A stretch of DNA of 64,000 nucleotides from an uncultured Gemmatimonadales bacterium. GTDB taxonomy: Bacteria > Gemmatimonadota > Gemmatimonadetes > Gemmatimonadales > Gemmatimonadaceae. The notes under the pieces were generated by a model, which saw only the letters and a program-made list of their open reading frames with translations, was not told where the DNA came from and did no database searches. Shown one piece after another: positions 52,018-61,256 of this stretch. Location: positions 96,001-160,000 of the forward strand of contig CAWBZV010000012.1 of assembly GCA_963793305.1 (NCBI GenBank), in the 5' to 3' direction. Numbering within the stretch: position 1 is the first letter of the stretch; each line of letters begins with the position of its first letter. A program made the translations under genes and the position numbers.

Positions 52018-52613
52018 CCGACATGACCGACTCCGAGCTGCGCGATATCTACACGCGCTCCCTCACCTCGCGCGCGCCATCGCGCGCTACATGCCCATCG
52101 CCCGAAGCGATCGAAGCGCTCGTCGCCGGGACCGGCAGCGAAGCATCGCGGCTGACGACGCTCGACCACGTGATGTCGTGCGCGGCCTGCACTCAGGAGT
52201 TCGAGCTCCTGCGCGCGATTCACGCGGCCGAGCGCGTCAATGCGGGCGTCGCTCGGCCTCGCCGCTCGATAGCGCCTTGGCTCGCCGCGGCGGTCGTCGT
52301 GATCGCGGCCGGTGCACTGACGCTCACGCAGCTCCAGCGTTCGGGCTCGAACCCCACGCGCGGCGCATCGTCGGCCGACATCGCACTCGTCGGGGCGGTC
52401 AGTGGGTCGCTTGTCTGGCACGCGATTCCCGACGCGGTACGGTATAACGTCGAGATCGTCGACGCGTCGGGCGCGACCATCTTTCATGCTCGCGTTGCCG
52501 ACACCACGACGGCGATACCAGGGACGTTGCCGAATGCTCCGGTCAGCTGGTGGGTCCGAGCGACACTGCGTGACGGCAGCGAGCGTCGCTCGGCGATTAT
52601 CCCACTCCGCTAA
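52014..52613 (+). CDS. zinc-finger (ZAS/zf-HC2) membrane anti-sigma factor
   Basis: CPSPE...DHVMSCAAC (HxxxCxxC), TM helix WLAAAVVVIAAGALTL, beta-rich extracytoplasmic domain. ATGA overlap with the sigma gene. Confidence 0.82.
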   Translation: MTDMTDSELRDIYTRSLTSRAPSRATCPSPEAIEALVAGTGSEASRLTTLDHVMSCAACTQEFELLRAIHAAERVNAGVARPRRSIAPWLAAAVVVIAAGALTLTQLQRSGSNPTRGASSADIALVGAVSGSLVWHAIPDAVRYNVEIVDASGATIFHARVADTTTAIPGTLPNAPVSWWVRATLRDGSERRSAIIPLR

Positions 52614-53194
52614 AAGAGGCCGACGGCGAGTCCGAACGTTACGGGGACGACGTTGATCTGCTTCGCGCTCTTAATGAAGCCACCGTCCTTCGTGTAGACG
52701 TTCTGGACGCGGCCTTCCGCGAACGCGCTCACTCGGCCGACGACGATGGCCAGCCCCGCGCCCGCATCAATACCAAAATTAATCTTCGAGGCGGTCGACG
52801 CGGTCGAGGTGTCAGTTACCCCACGAATATCGAACGCACCAACGCCCGCGGTGAGATAGGGACGGACCGGCCCGTGAAGCAGATTGATCTGCAAGCCGCC
52901 GACGCCACTCAGGATCTCGCGGGTGCCAGGCGTCGTGGTCAGCGCGGACTGATTGTTGTAGTCGAACTTTTGATATCCGAAGTTGAACCGCAGCGCGAGA
53001 AATCCGGGCAGCTGGACGAGCGCGTAGGCTTGTCCGTTGATTCCGGTCTTGACGGTGTTGCCGCCATTGCCGGTGGGGATCGTTGCTCCGCCACCGACGC
53101 CGAGACTCAGGATGTAGTTGTTCTGGAGCTGTTGTTGTGCGGCGCCACGAGTGGCACAGAGGATCGTGGCGCCAACGAGCAGTAGCCGGCGCAT
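52610..53194 (-). CDS. small outer-membrane beta-barrel protein
   Basis: Signal peptide, alternating strands, VRPYLTAGVG, FGIDAGAG, C-terminal F. Confidence 0.8.
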   Translation of the reverse strand: MRRLLLVGATILCATRGAAQQQLQNNYILSLGVGGGATIPTGNGGNTVKTGINGQAYALVQLPGFLALRFNFGYQKFDYNNQSALTTTPGTREILSGVGGLQINLLHGPVRPYLTAGVGAFDIRGVTDTSTASTASKINFGIDAGAGLAIVVGRVSAFAEGRVQNVYTKDGGFIKSAKQINVVPVTFGLAVGLF

Positions 53195-53233
53195 GAGAGG
53201 TCTCCTTGGTTGTCTTGGAAACGTCTCATGCGC
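53189..53233 (-). promoter_or_regulatory. mRNA hairpin covering the SD and start codon of the beta-barrel gene
   Basis: GCGCATGAGA-C-GTTTCC / 11-nt loop / GGAGAC-C-TCTCATGCGC: 16 pairs (one G-U) and one mismatch. Confidence 0.5.
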
Positions 53234-53243
53234 GTTACGATTC

Positions 53244-54777
53244 TCACCGCTGCTGCAGCATCTTCACCGCGGCGTACGCGTTCACGATGCCGCCGGTTCG
53301 CGACAACGACCCGAACGCCACCTTCTCGCCGTTGGCGGCGCCCGGTCGCACGACCTGCTGGCTCGTGTAGCGCGTGGCGGATTCGAGGATGATGCGCTTG
53401 AGATCCGCCGCGGTGAGGTCGGGATAGTAGGATAGCAAGAACGCCGCGAGCCCCGTCACCACCGGGGAGGCCATGCTCGTGCCGCTGTCTTTCTCGTACT
53501 TATCGCCGGGCACCGTCGAAAGAATGTCGACGCCAGGCGCGAAGACGTCGACTTGGTCGCGCCCATAGTTGCTGAATGAGGCCGCGAGCGTGTCGCCGCC
53601 TTGCCATGACGAGGCGCCGACCTCGATCCAGTTTCGCGCGTGCCCGCTATCGGCATACGCGGGCGTCGGGAAGTTCGGGTACGAGGTCAAGTCCTTCCCG
53701 TCGTTCCCCGCGGCGTGCACCATGAGGACGTTGTGCGCGTCGGCGTATCGCACCGCCTCGTCGACCGCGAACTTCTCGGGCGAGTACCCTTTGCCGAAGC
53801 TCATGTTGATCACGCGCGCGCCGTGATCGACCGCGAACCGGATCGCGTTCGCGATATCCTTGTCGCGCTCGTCGCCGTCCGGTACCGCGCGGACCATCAT
53901 GATGCGCACGGCCGATGAGTCGATGCTATGGACGATACCCGAGACGTGGGAACCGTGCTTCGCATCGGGACCCATGACGTTCGAGTTCCCGTAGTTCGAC
54001 TGGTGCACATCGGCATAGTTGTCGCCGACGATCGAGCGGGGGTCGTAGTCGGTATTGAGCTCGTAGTCGAGCCGCGCCTGGATCTCGCTCAGCGCATCGG
54101 CGATGACCTCTGGCGTCGCGCCCCGTTGCATCAGCACGAGATAGAGCTGCTTCGAGCGGGCGGTCGCGCTGTCGGTCGGGTCGAGCGCTTTGACGCTCTC
54201 TTGGGTGAGCGGGGCGGAGCCGAGTGCGCTGTGGAGCACGGCGGTCGCCCGCTCGAGCGCCTGCGGAGACGTCGCGAATCCGCTCGACCTGCTGCGCGGC
54301 GTCCGCCCGGCGCTTGGTGAGGTCTGCGTCCATTGACGCGCACTGCGCCGCGTACTGCGCGGGTATCGTGTGCTTGCGGCATCGGACGACGAGTCGTGTC
54401 TGCTCGTACGTGTCCCAGTGGACATCGCGGCCGTCCGGGCCACCTTGATAATCCCAACCGAACCGGAGGTTGTCGCCCATCCAGAGAATGGGCCGGAGGT
54501 CCTTGTGCGCGGTATCGACGCCGCCGTCGATGACCGCCACGAGCACAGTCTTTGGTGTCTTCCCCACCAGCAATTCGCGGCGCGCCTTGCCGACGCTGAT
54601 TCCCGGCACATGATCGGCCGACTCATCCATCAGCTGCCAGCCGTCGGGCGCCGAGGTGAGACCCGATGCGGGTGCGACACTCGGCGCCGGCGTGGCGGAC
54701 GGAGCGGGCGTGACGGGAGCGGCAGACGGCCGACAGGCCGCCGCGATCAGAATGACCAGCAGAAATCGACGGGGCAT
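53244..54777 (-). CDS. S8 subtilisin-like serine peptidase lipoprotein; frameshift near 54265
   Basis: IAAAC lipobox, VAVIDGGVD, HGSHVSG, HAAGND, ASFSNYG, SGTSMASP. Confidence 0.9.
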
Positions 54778-54802
54778 AGTGCCCCAAATATACCCCAGGG
54801 CT

Positions 54803-56323
54803 TTAGGGGCAGCTCAACACGATGTGCCCTCCTCGCCCGTCGATCTCGGTTTCCTCGATCGGCAGCACGGTCGTGTGGAAGTCCGTCGGCGCGGTGCCCG
54901 TGCTCGTTTTCACGCTGGCGACGCCCGCCGCATCCGGACCCGAGGTCGCTTGCCACGTCGTGTCGGCGACTGCCGCCATGCCGTACATGCGAATCGAGAT
55001 CATCCGGTCGCCGCTGGCTTCGATCGCGGTCGAGATGCGCTGCTCTTTGAGGAGCGCGTTTCTCACGTCGAGGTAATCCGCCGGCACGGTCAGCGGCGTC
55101 GCGTATCCGCCGGCCTGTTGATGGACCATGTTGATGAGATTCATGGCGTTGCCGTACGCGCCCAGGCCGAGCTGAATCTGTGCGTCGATCAACGTCAGCT
55201 CCTCGTTGCGCACGATCGGTATGGGCGTCGAGACCGACGGGTAATAGTTATAGATATACGGCGAGGCGACCGGCGCGAACGTCGCCTGTTGGACCGCATT
55301 CGGATTGACGGCGAACTTGGCCTTCCAGCGCAAGTCGTTGGCGGTATCCACATCGGCGACCAAATCCCACAGGACGGCAGATGTGCCGATGATGCCGTTG
55401 ACGAAATTGGTCAGGTCGCCGGACTGCGCGCTGAAAACGTGGTAGACGCCGTAGGCGTCGTTCGTCGAAAATCCGCCAGGGGTCGGCGACGTGATGGCCG
55501 AAGGGTTGAACAGCGCCGATGCTTTGAGCGCACTGTCTGCCCGGGTGAGCGCCGCGACATCCGGTGTGCCCGCCGTGTTCGGCGTCGGCCCGGCACCATT
55601 CTGACGCGCGATCGCGTACGCCAGCTGCAGTCCCGCCTTTCCGGCCAACGCGCGGTTGAACGCGGCGAACGCACCGCCCGTGGTGCTCGGACCCGCGCTC
55701 AAGCCCACCGCACCGAATCCGCTGGGCAGTGCAATGGGAAGCGAGATGGCGCCCGCGGTATTCAAATCCCCGTTCGCCGAATCCAACAACGCGACGATGT
55801 ACTGCCAGACATCCCGGTTGCAGTAGATCGCCTGCGGTGACGACGCACCGGCCGAGTACAGTGAGACGCCCACGGTGTCGTGCGTCTCGGCGATCATCAT
55901 GAACTGCAGGGCTTTGATCGTCCGCACGACGCCGCGGATCGCCGACGCCTGCGCGCTGGGGTACGCGGGTGCGACATTCGGGATCGACGCGAGGATTTCG
56001 TTGGCGAGCTTGATGTTGCCGTACTCCTGATCCCACTCCCACTGCGACCAGAAGAAGTCGTTGAACGCGATCGGTGTCAGTCCGAGACCTTCGGTGATCC
56101 ACCGCGGCTCGGTGTTGGTGAAGTTCCCCGCATCGCGCCCGAACGCGCTCGAGGCGAAGATATAGTTCCCGACATCGATCCGGGCGGCGAAGAAGAGCCC
56201 GGTCACGACGTTCTGTATGCCCGTCGGCGTGTTGGCGACCGAAGTCGGGCCCGAGAGGTCGGGCACGTTCGTGTCTTTGCACGCGGCCAGCACGGCGAGC
56301 AGGAGAAGGAAGCGGCTCCTCAT
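54803..56323 (-). CDS. susD: RagB/SusD family lipoprotein
   Basis: LAAC lipobox, PIPIVRNEELTLIDAQ, LLKEQRIS...GDRMISIRMYG; follows susC. Confidence 0.85.
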   Translation of the reverse strand: MRSRFLLLLAVLAACKDTNVPDLSGPTSVANTPTGIQNVVTGLFFAARIDVGNYIFASSAFGRDAGNFTNTEPRWITEGLGLTPIAFNDFFWSQWEWDQEYGNIKLANEILASIPNVAPAYPSAQASAIRGVVRTIKALQFMMIAETHDTVGVSLYSAGASSPQAIYCNRDVWQYIVALLDSANGDLNTAGAISLPIALPSGFGAVGLSAGPSTTGGAFAAFNRALAGKAGLQLAYAIARQNGAGPTPNTAGTPDVAALTRADSALKASALFNPSAITSPTPGGFSTNDAYGVYHVFSAQSGDLTNFVNGIIGTSAVLWDLVADVDTANDLRWKAKFAVNPNAVQQATFAPVASPYIYNYYPSVSTPIPIVRNEELTLIDAQIQLGLGAYGNAMNLINMVHQQAGGYATPLTVPADYLDVRNALLKEQRISTAIEASGDRMISIRMYGMAAVADTTWQATSGPDAAGVASVKTSTGTAPTDFHTTVLPIEETEIDGRGGHIVLSCP

Positions 56324-56325
56324 GG

Positions 56326-59300
56326 TTAGAATCCCAGATCGAGGGAGATGAAATAGCTGCGCGCCGGCGGGTACGGGGTGACATCTTGGCCGCGCTGCAC
56401 TTGTTGGTTGCCGACGAAGTTCACCTCGGGATCGAGCCCGGTGTACTTGGTCCACATGAGCAGGTTGCGACCGGTGAGCGAAATCGTGGCGTTGCGCAAC
56501 CAGCCGCGCGACAGCCCGACGAGCTGCGACGGCAGCTGATAGCTCAACGTGAGCTCGCGCAGCTTGAGGTAGCCGGCCGGTTCGGCGTATGGGGTGAGAC
56601 CGTTGTTGGCCGCGATCGTGCGGCGCGCGCTCAAGGCCGTGTCGGCCAAGGTGCCGGGGCTTATGTCGAAGAGGTTATCGGTAAAGTTGCCCGCCAGTCC
56701 GCCATAGCTCCATTCGAGCACGCCCGAGGCGTGAAGCGGGCCCCAGGAGAATTGGTTCGAGAAGTTCATCACGAAGTTCGGCTGTGCATCGCCGACCTGG
56801 ATCGGCTGACCATCCGGGCCGTTGGAGTTGCCGACGATCTGCGTGACCGAGCGTCCGACCTGAACCCGGTACGTCCCGAGCGATCCCCCACCGCCGTTGT
56901 TCAGGATGAAGGCCGGCACCGGCAGCGAGTTCACCACGCTGTAGTTCCGGTAGAAGCTGGTCGTCGTGATCCATTGGAAGCCGTTCTTGAACTGGATCGG
57001 CGTCGCGGTGAGCAGGAGCTCGATGCCCTGGTTGGTGAACTCGCCGCCGTTGATCCATTGCTCGTTGCCCCCGAGTGACGGCGAGATCGCATCCTGCAAC
57101 AGCAGGTCGGTCAACCGCTTCTGGTAGATCGTGGCGCTGAATTGGGCGCGCGAATTCAAGAACGTCGCATCGAACCCGAGCTCTTCTTCGACCTCCCGCT
57201 CCGGCCGCACCACGGAATCGCCGAGGACGAGATTCTCGTACGCACCAATGGCTCCACTCGAGACGCCGATATTGAACGGCGTGTACTTCACGAGATAGTT
57301 CGGCTGCGTGCCGGACTGACCGTACGCCGCGCGGACCTTGAGCTCGTTCAAAAATCCGACGAACTGCGGAATGCGATAGGAGCCGGAGAACCGCGTGTAC
57401 GGGTAGAACTTGCCGATGTCTCCGTCGTTGGTGGTCCGCTCGGCCGTCACGCCAGCGGTCAACGCCAGGCGCTCGCCGAGTGTCAGAACCTGTTCCTGGA
57501 CGTACAGCGATTGGTCCTTCGCTTCGGTCGCGTTGTCTTGCAGCGTCTGCACGGCGCCGAGTTGCGGGTTGTTCGCGCCGGCGAGCAACGCTTGCCCGGC
57601 GGTCAACGGGTTGTCCAGGCTGCGGATCTCGCGTACGAATCCGAACGAGGTCGTGGCGTCCAGGAATGACAGCCCGGTGTAGTGGTGGATCAGGTTGAGC
57701 GAGTAGTTGTAGTACGTCGTCCGACCGAATTGATCCTGGGCGACGCCCGGGAGTCCCGAGGGAATCCTTTGCTCGACCTGCAGATCCGGCGGCGCGTAGA
57801 ACTTGTCGCTCTGCGTGGTCAGGTCCGCGCCACCCTGGAACTCGAGCCGCACGCTTTGGCTCGACGACCGATAGGGCGTCCAGTCGACGTTGCCGCCGCC
57901 GATGAACCGGTTCACCTCTTCTGGCGTCTGAATCTCCCAGGCGTCCGCGAACGGATTCGCCGGACCGTACGGATTCGTGGGCCACGCCAGGTTGCTCTGG
58001 CGGTCGAGCAACACGAACTGCGGTGTGTAGGAGAATACGTCGTATGGACTGATGCCGATATTATCGTTGCCGGTCACCCCGCGCCGGGTCGTCGAGTTCG
58101 CGTACGTCAGGTTCGCCGTCACCGACAGGTTGTCGGACACGTGCTGCGTGACGTTCGAGCGAACGGTCTGCTTGTTGTATCCGGTGTTGAGCTGAATGCC
58201 GTTGTCGTATTTCGTCAGTCCGGACAGGAAGTACTGCGTCTTCCCTGACGTGCCGCTGACGCTCAGATCCGTCTCGTAGGACGCTTGCGGGTTGCCGAAC
58301 AGCTGATCCTGATAGTCCTGCGGTCCGGCGTAGTACTTCCGGACCGTATCCGTCGACTGACCGTACGTGTTGGCCCAATTGAGCGCCGACTGGAGGGTCG
58401 GGAATTGGGTGAGATCGTACGTATTCGCGAGCTCGAAGTGACCGAGCCTCTGGGAGAAATTCCACTGCGGTTTACCCGGCGCGCCTTTCTTCGTCGTGAT
58501 CACCACGACGCCGGATGAGGCCTTCGAGCCATAGATCGCCGAGGCGCTCGCGCCTTTGAGGATCTCGATGCTCTCGATGTCGTCGGGATTGAGATCGGCG
58601 ATCCGGTTCGGGCTGTTGTCCTGGCTGTTGCTGCCGACGCCGCCATTCGCCTGGCTGATCGTGTTGAGTCCGCTGTTCAGCGTCTCGTTGTTCACCATGA
58701 CGCCGTCGACGACGTAGAGTGGATTCGAGTTCGCGTAGATCGACGTGACGCCGCGCACCTGGATCTGCATCCCGCCGCCCGGCGCGCCGCCGTTGTTCTG
58801 TTGGATGACCGCGCCCGGGACCTTGCCCTGGATGGCATTCTCGACCGTCGGCGCTGGAACCCTCGACACCTCATCGGCCGAGATGACCGTGACGGCGTTG
58901 GCCGAGTTCGCCGACGAGATGGTCGTCGCCACGCCCGTGACCACCTCGGCCTCGAGCTTGAGGACGTCCTTCGTCATCGTGATCGTGATATCGGTCTGAT
59001 CGCTCGCCAGCGAGTCGACGGCCTGGCGATAGCCGATGCGGCGCACGGTGACGCTCTTGGCGTTGTCCGGCAGTCGGAGCGCGAATGCGCCGCTGTCGTT
59101 GGTGAGCGTGCCGACATTCGTGCCGGTGACGAGCACCTGGGCATTGACGACCGGCTCTCGGGAGTCGGCGTCGAGCACCCGGCCCGTCAGGCGACGCGGC
59201 GGTGGCGGTTGCGGCGGACGGCGAATCAGTGCGATCTGGTCGCCGGGCAAGACCTCGACATCGACTTGGGTCTCGTGCAGCACCTCGGTGAGCGCGGCGA

Positions 59301-59580
59301 CGACGGAGATGCCGTCGGCTTCCAACGAGACCCGGGACTCGCTCGGGAGCTCGTTCGGGCTGTAGGCGATGTGCAGGCCGGCTTGGCTGGCGATCGCGTC
59401 GAGGACTTCCGGGATCGCGACATCCTGCAGATGGATGCTGACCCGTCGTCGCATCATGGCGACGTTGCGCGCGTCGACGCGTCGGCCGTCGGCGCGCATG
59501 AAGAAGAGCAAGGCCGATTGTTGGGCGTGGGCCAGGGACGGCAAGAACGACAGGGACAGAACGAACGACAGTCGACGCAT
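56326..59580 (-). CDS. susC: SusC/RagA TonB-dependent transducer with N-terminal STN signalling domain
   Basis: N-terminal RVSIHLQDVAIPEVLDAIASQAGLHIAYS (STN-like), DLNPDDIESIEILKGASASAIYGSKASSGVVVITTKKG, YTGLDPEV, C-terminal F. Confidence 0.93.
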   Translation of the reverse strand: MRRLSFVLSLSFLPSLAHAQQSALLFFMRADGRRVDARNVAMMRRRVSIHLQDVAIPEVLDAIASQAGLHIAYSPNELPSESRVSLEADGISVVAALTEVLHETQVDVEVLPGDQIALIRRPPQPPPPRRLTGRVLDADSREPVVNAQVLVTGTNVGTLTNDSGAFALRLPDNAKSVTVRRIGYRQAVDSLASDQTDITITMTKDVLKLEAEVVTGVATTISSANSANAVTVISADEVSRVPAPTVENAIQGKVPGAVIQQNNGGAPGGGMQIQVRGVTSIYANSNPLYVVDGVMVNNETLNSGLNTISQANGGVGSNSQDNSPNRIADLNPDDIESIEILKGASASAIYGSKASSGVVVITTKKGAPGKPQWNFSQRLGHFELANTYDLTQFPTLQSALNWANTYGQSTDTVRKYYAGPQDYQDQLFGNPQASYETDLSVSGTSGKTQYFLSGLTKYDNGIQLNTGYNKQTVRSNVTQHVSDNLSVTANLTYANSTTRRGVTGNDNIGISPYDVFSYTPQFVLLDRQSNLAWPTNPYGPANPFADAWEIQTPEEVNRFIGGGNVDWTPYRSSSQSVRLEFQGGADLTTQSDKFYAPPDLQVEQRIPSGLPGVAQDQFGRTTYYNYSLNLIHHYTGLSFLDATTSFGFVREIRSLDNPLTAGQALLAGANNPQLGAVQTLQDNATEAKDQSLYVQEQVLTLGERLALTAGVTAERTTNDGDIGKFYPYTRFSGSYRIPQFVGFLNELKVRAAYGQSGTQPNYLVKYTPFNIGVSSGAIGAYENLVLGDSVVRPEREVEEELGFDATFLNSRAQFSATIYQKRLTDLLLQDAISPSLGGNEQWINGGEFTNQGIELLLTATPIQFKNGFQWITTTSFYRNYSVVNSLPVPAFILNNGGGGSLGTYRVQVGRSVTQIVGNSNGPDGQPIQVGDAQPNFVMNFSNQFSWGPLHASGVLEWSYGGLAGNFTDNLFDISPGTLADTALSARRTIAANNGLTPYAEPAGYLKLRELTLSYQLPSQLVGLSRGWLRNATISLTGRNLLMWTKYTGLDPEVNFVGNQQVQRGQDVTPYPPARSYFISLDLGF

Positions 59581-60596
59581 TAGTGCTCCTTGGAACGTCG
59601 GACGAGGATCACCGTGCGCCCGCTCCAGCGAACGCGGGCGCCCAACGTGGCCGCGACGATGTGCAGGACCTCATCGACCGGCTCGTCGCGGAACGAGGCC
59701 GTGAGGGGGACCGCGGCGAGCGTGGAGTCGCCGAGTCGGAGGTCTACGTCGTACCAGCGCGCGAGTGCGCGGACGGCTTCGCGCGCCGGCGTGTTGTGCA
59801 GCTCGAGCCGACCGGTGGTCCACGCGCCAATGTTTTCGACTCCGCGATCAACGGCGGCCTCGCCCAATGGCGTCACCGTGGCCGCGTCGCCTCCGGCCAG
59901 CGCGATCGGCTGCGCGTTCGCTGCGCTGACGGCGACTTGTCCTTCGTCGACCGCAACGCGGACCGAGCTGTCTTCGGGATACGCGCGAACGTCGAACCGC
60001 GTGCCGAGATCCGTCGCGATGGCACGCCCGGCACGTACGACGAACGGCGCGCGCGCATCGTGGACCACGGTGAAGAACGCCTCACCATTGAGCGTCGCCG
60101 ATCGGCCATCCACCGTCAGCCGGCTCGCCGGGGCCAGCACGACTTGCGTGCCGTCATCGAGCCTGAGAGTCGCACGCTGGCCTCGCGCCGTCAGAAATAC
60201 ACGTGGCGCTTCGCGCCTACGCGACCGTGTGCCTGTTGCCAGGCCGAGACCGATCGCGATCACCAGTCCCGCGGCAATCGCGGCTAGTGGCCAACGCTCA
60301 GACCAACGACCCGGCCAACGATCAGCGGATCGCAACCGGACCGCCGGCGCTGATCGTCGGCGTCCCCAGCCAAGTCGCTGTTGAGCCCGGGCGAGGCTCG
60401 CGGCGGCATCGAAGTGCGGCTGCGCGAAGTGCGGCGCACTGAGTTGACGCGTCGCCACCGCGATGCGCGCGATCTGATCGAACAGCCGCCGGCGGTCGGG
60501 ATCGGAGCCGATCCATTGCTCGACGGCCGCGCGATCGGCGTCTGACCCCTTGCCGACCGCGACGCGCTCCAACAGGACCCAATCCGGCTCGCTCAC
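59580..60596 (-). CDS. fecR: FecR family anti-sigma factor
   Basis: TARGQRATLRLDDGTQVVLAPASRL, LNGEAFFTV, DLGTRFDV, AWTTGRL, LARWYDV. Confidence 0.9.
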   Translation of the reverse strand: MSEPDWVLLERVAVGKGSDADRAAVEQWIGSDPDRRRLFDQIARIAVATRQLSAPHFAQPHFDAAASLARAQQRLGWGRRRSAPAVRLRSADRWPGRWSERWPLAAIAAGLVIAIGLGLATGTRSRRREAPRVFLTARGQRATLRLDDGTQVVLAPASRLTVDGRSATLNGEAFFTVVHDARAPFVVRAGRAIATDLGTRFDVRAYPEDSSVRVAVDEGQVAVSAANAQPIALAGGDAATVTPLGEAAVDRGVENIGAWTTGRLELHNTPAREAVRALARWYDVDLRLGDSTLAAVPLTASFRDEPVDEVLHIVAATLGARVRWSGRTVILVRRSKEH

Positions 60597-60627
60597 GCCT
60601 CAACAACAACCAGCGGCGCCGAACCCC

Positions 60628-61233
60628 CTACATGTCAAATGCGATCAGCGCGGATCTCAATGCCTTGAGCCCGCGCGTCAGCAATGCCTCGACGCCTTTT
60701 TGCGTGATGCTCATGGCCTCGGCGATCTCGGGACACGTCAGGCCATACTTCCACCGCAGGACACAGGCATGGCGACACCGTGGCGCCAAGTCGGCGAGCG
60801 CTCGGGCCAGCGCGGAGTTGAAGTCGGCGGCTTCGGCGTGGTGCTCGGGCGTCGGGCCTAAGTCTTCCGCCGGAGACAACTCGGCGGCTCGCGCTTCGAC
60901 GCGTTGCCGTTTGAGATGGTTGAGCGCGCGATTTCTGGCCGCGCCAAACAGATAGCGCCGGACGCCGCCGTTCGTCGGACGCCACGTGGCGCGGCGCTCC
61001 CAGATCCGACATAACAGATCCTGGACAATATCCTCACCCTGCGCTGCGTTGCCGACGATCGTCGCGACGAATGCGCAGAGGGGGGCATAGAACGCGAGGT
61101 ACAGCGCGTCGAACGCCCGACTGTCACCCTGACGGATTCGCGTGACCCATTCATCCGTCGCGGGCTCCGCGAATTCCGTAGCGACCGGCGGAGGCGGTCG
61201 GTCGAGCAACCCCGGGTACATCACGACCGACAT
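60628..61233 (-). CDS. FecI-like ECF sigma factor (start 61233 or 61221)
   Basis: GDSRAFDALY, EDIVQDLLCRIW, YLFGAARNRALNHLK, GLTCPEIAEAMSITQKGVEALLTRGLK. Confidence 0.9.
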   Translation of the reverse strand: MSVVMYPGLLDRPPPPVATEFAEPATDEWVTRIRQGDSRAFDALYLAFYAPLCAFVATIVGNAAQGEDIVQDLLCRIWERRATWRPTNGGVRRYLFGAARNRALNHLKRQRVEARAAELSPAEDLGPTPEHHAEAADFNSALARALADLAPRCRHACVLRWKYGLTCPEIAEAMSITQKGVEALLTRGLKALRSALIAFDM

Positions 61234-61256
61234 GATTGTCGGGGTCGTGTGTTTTA

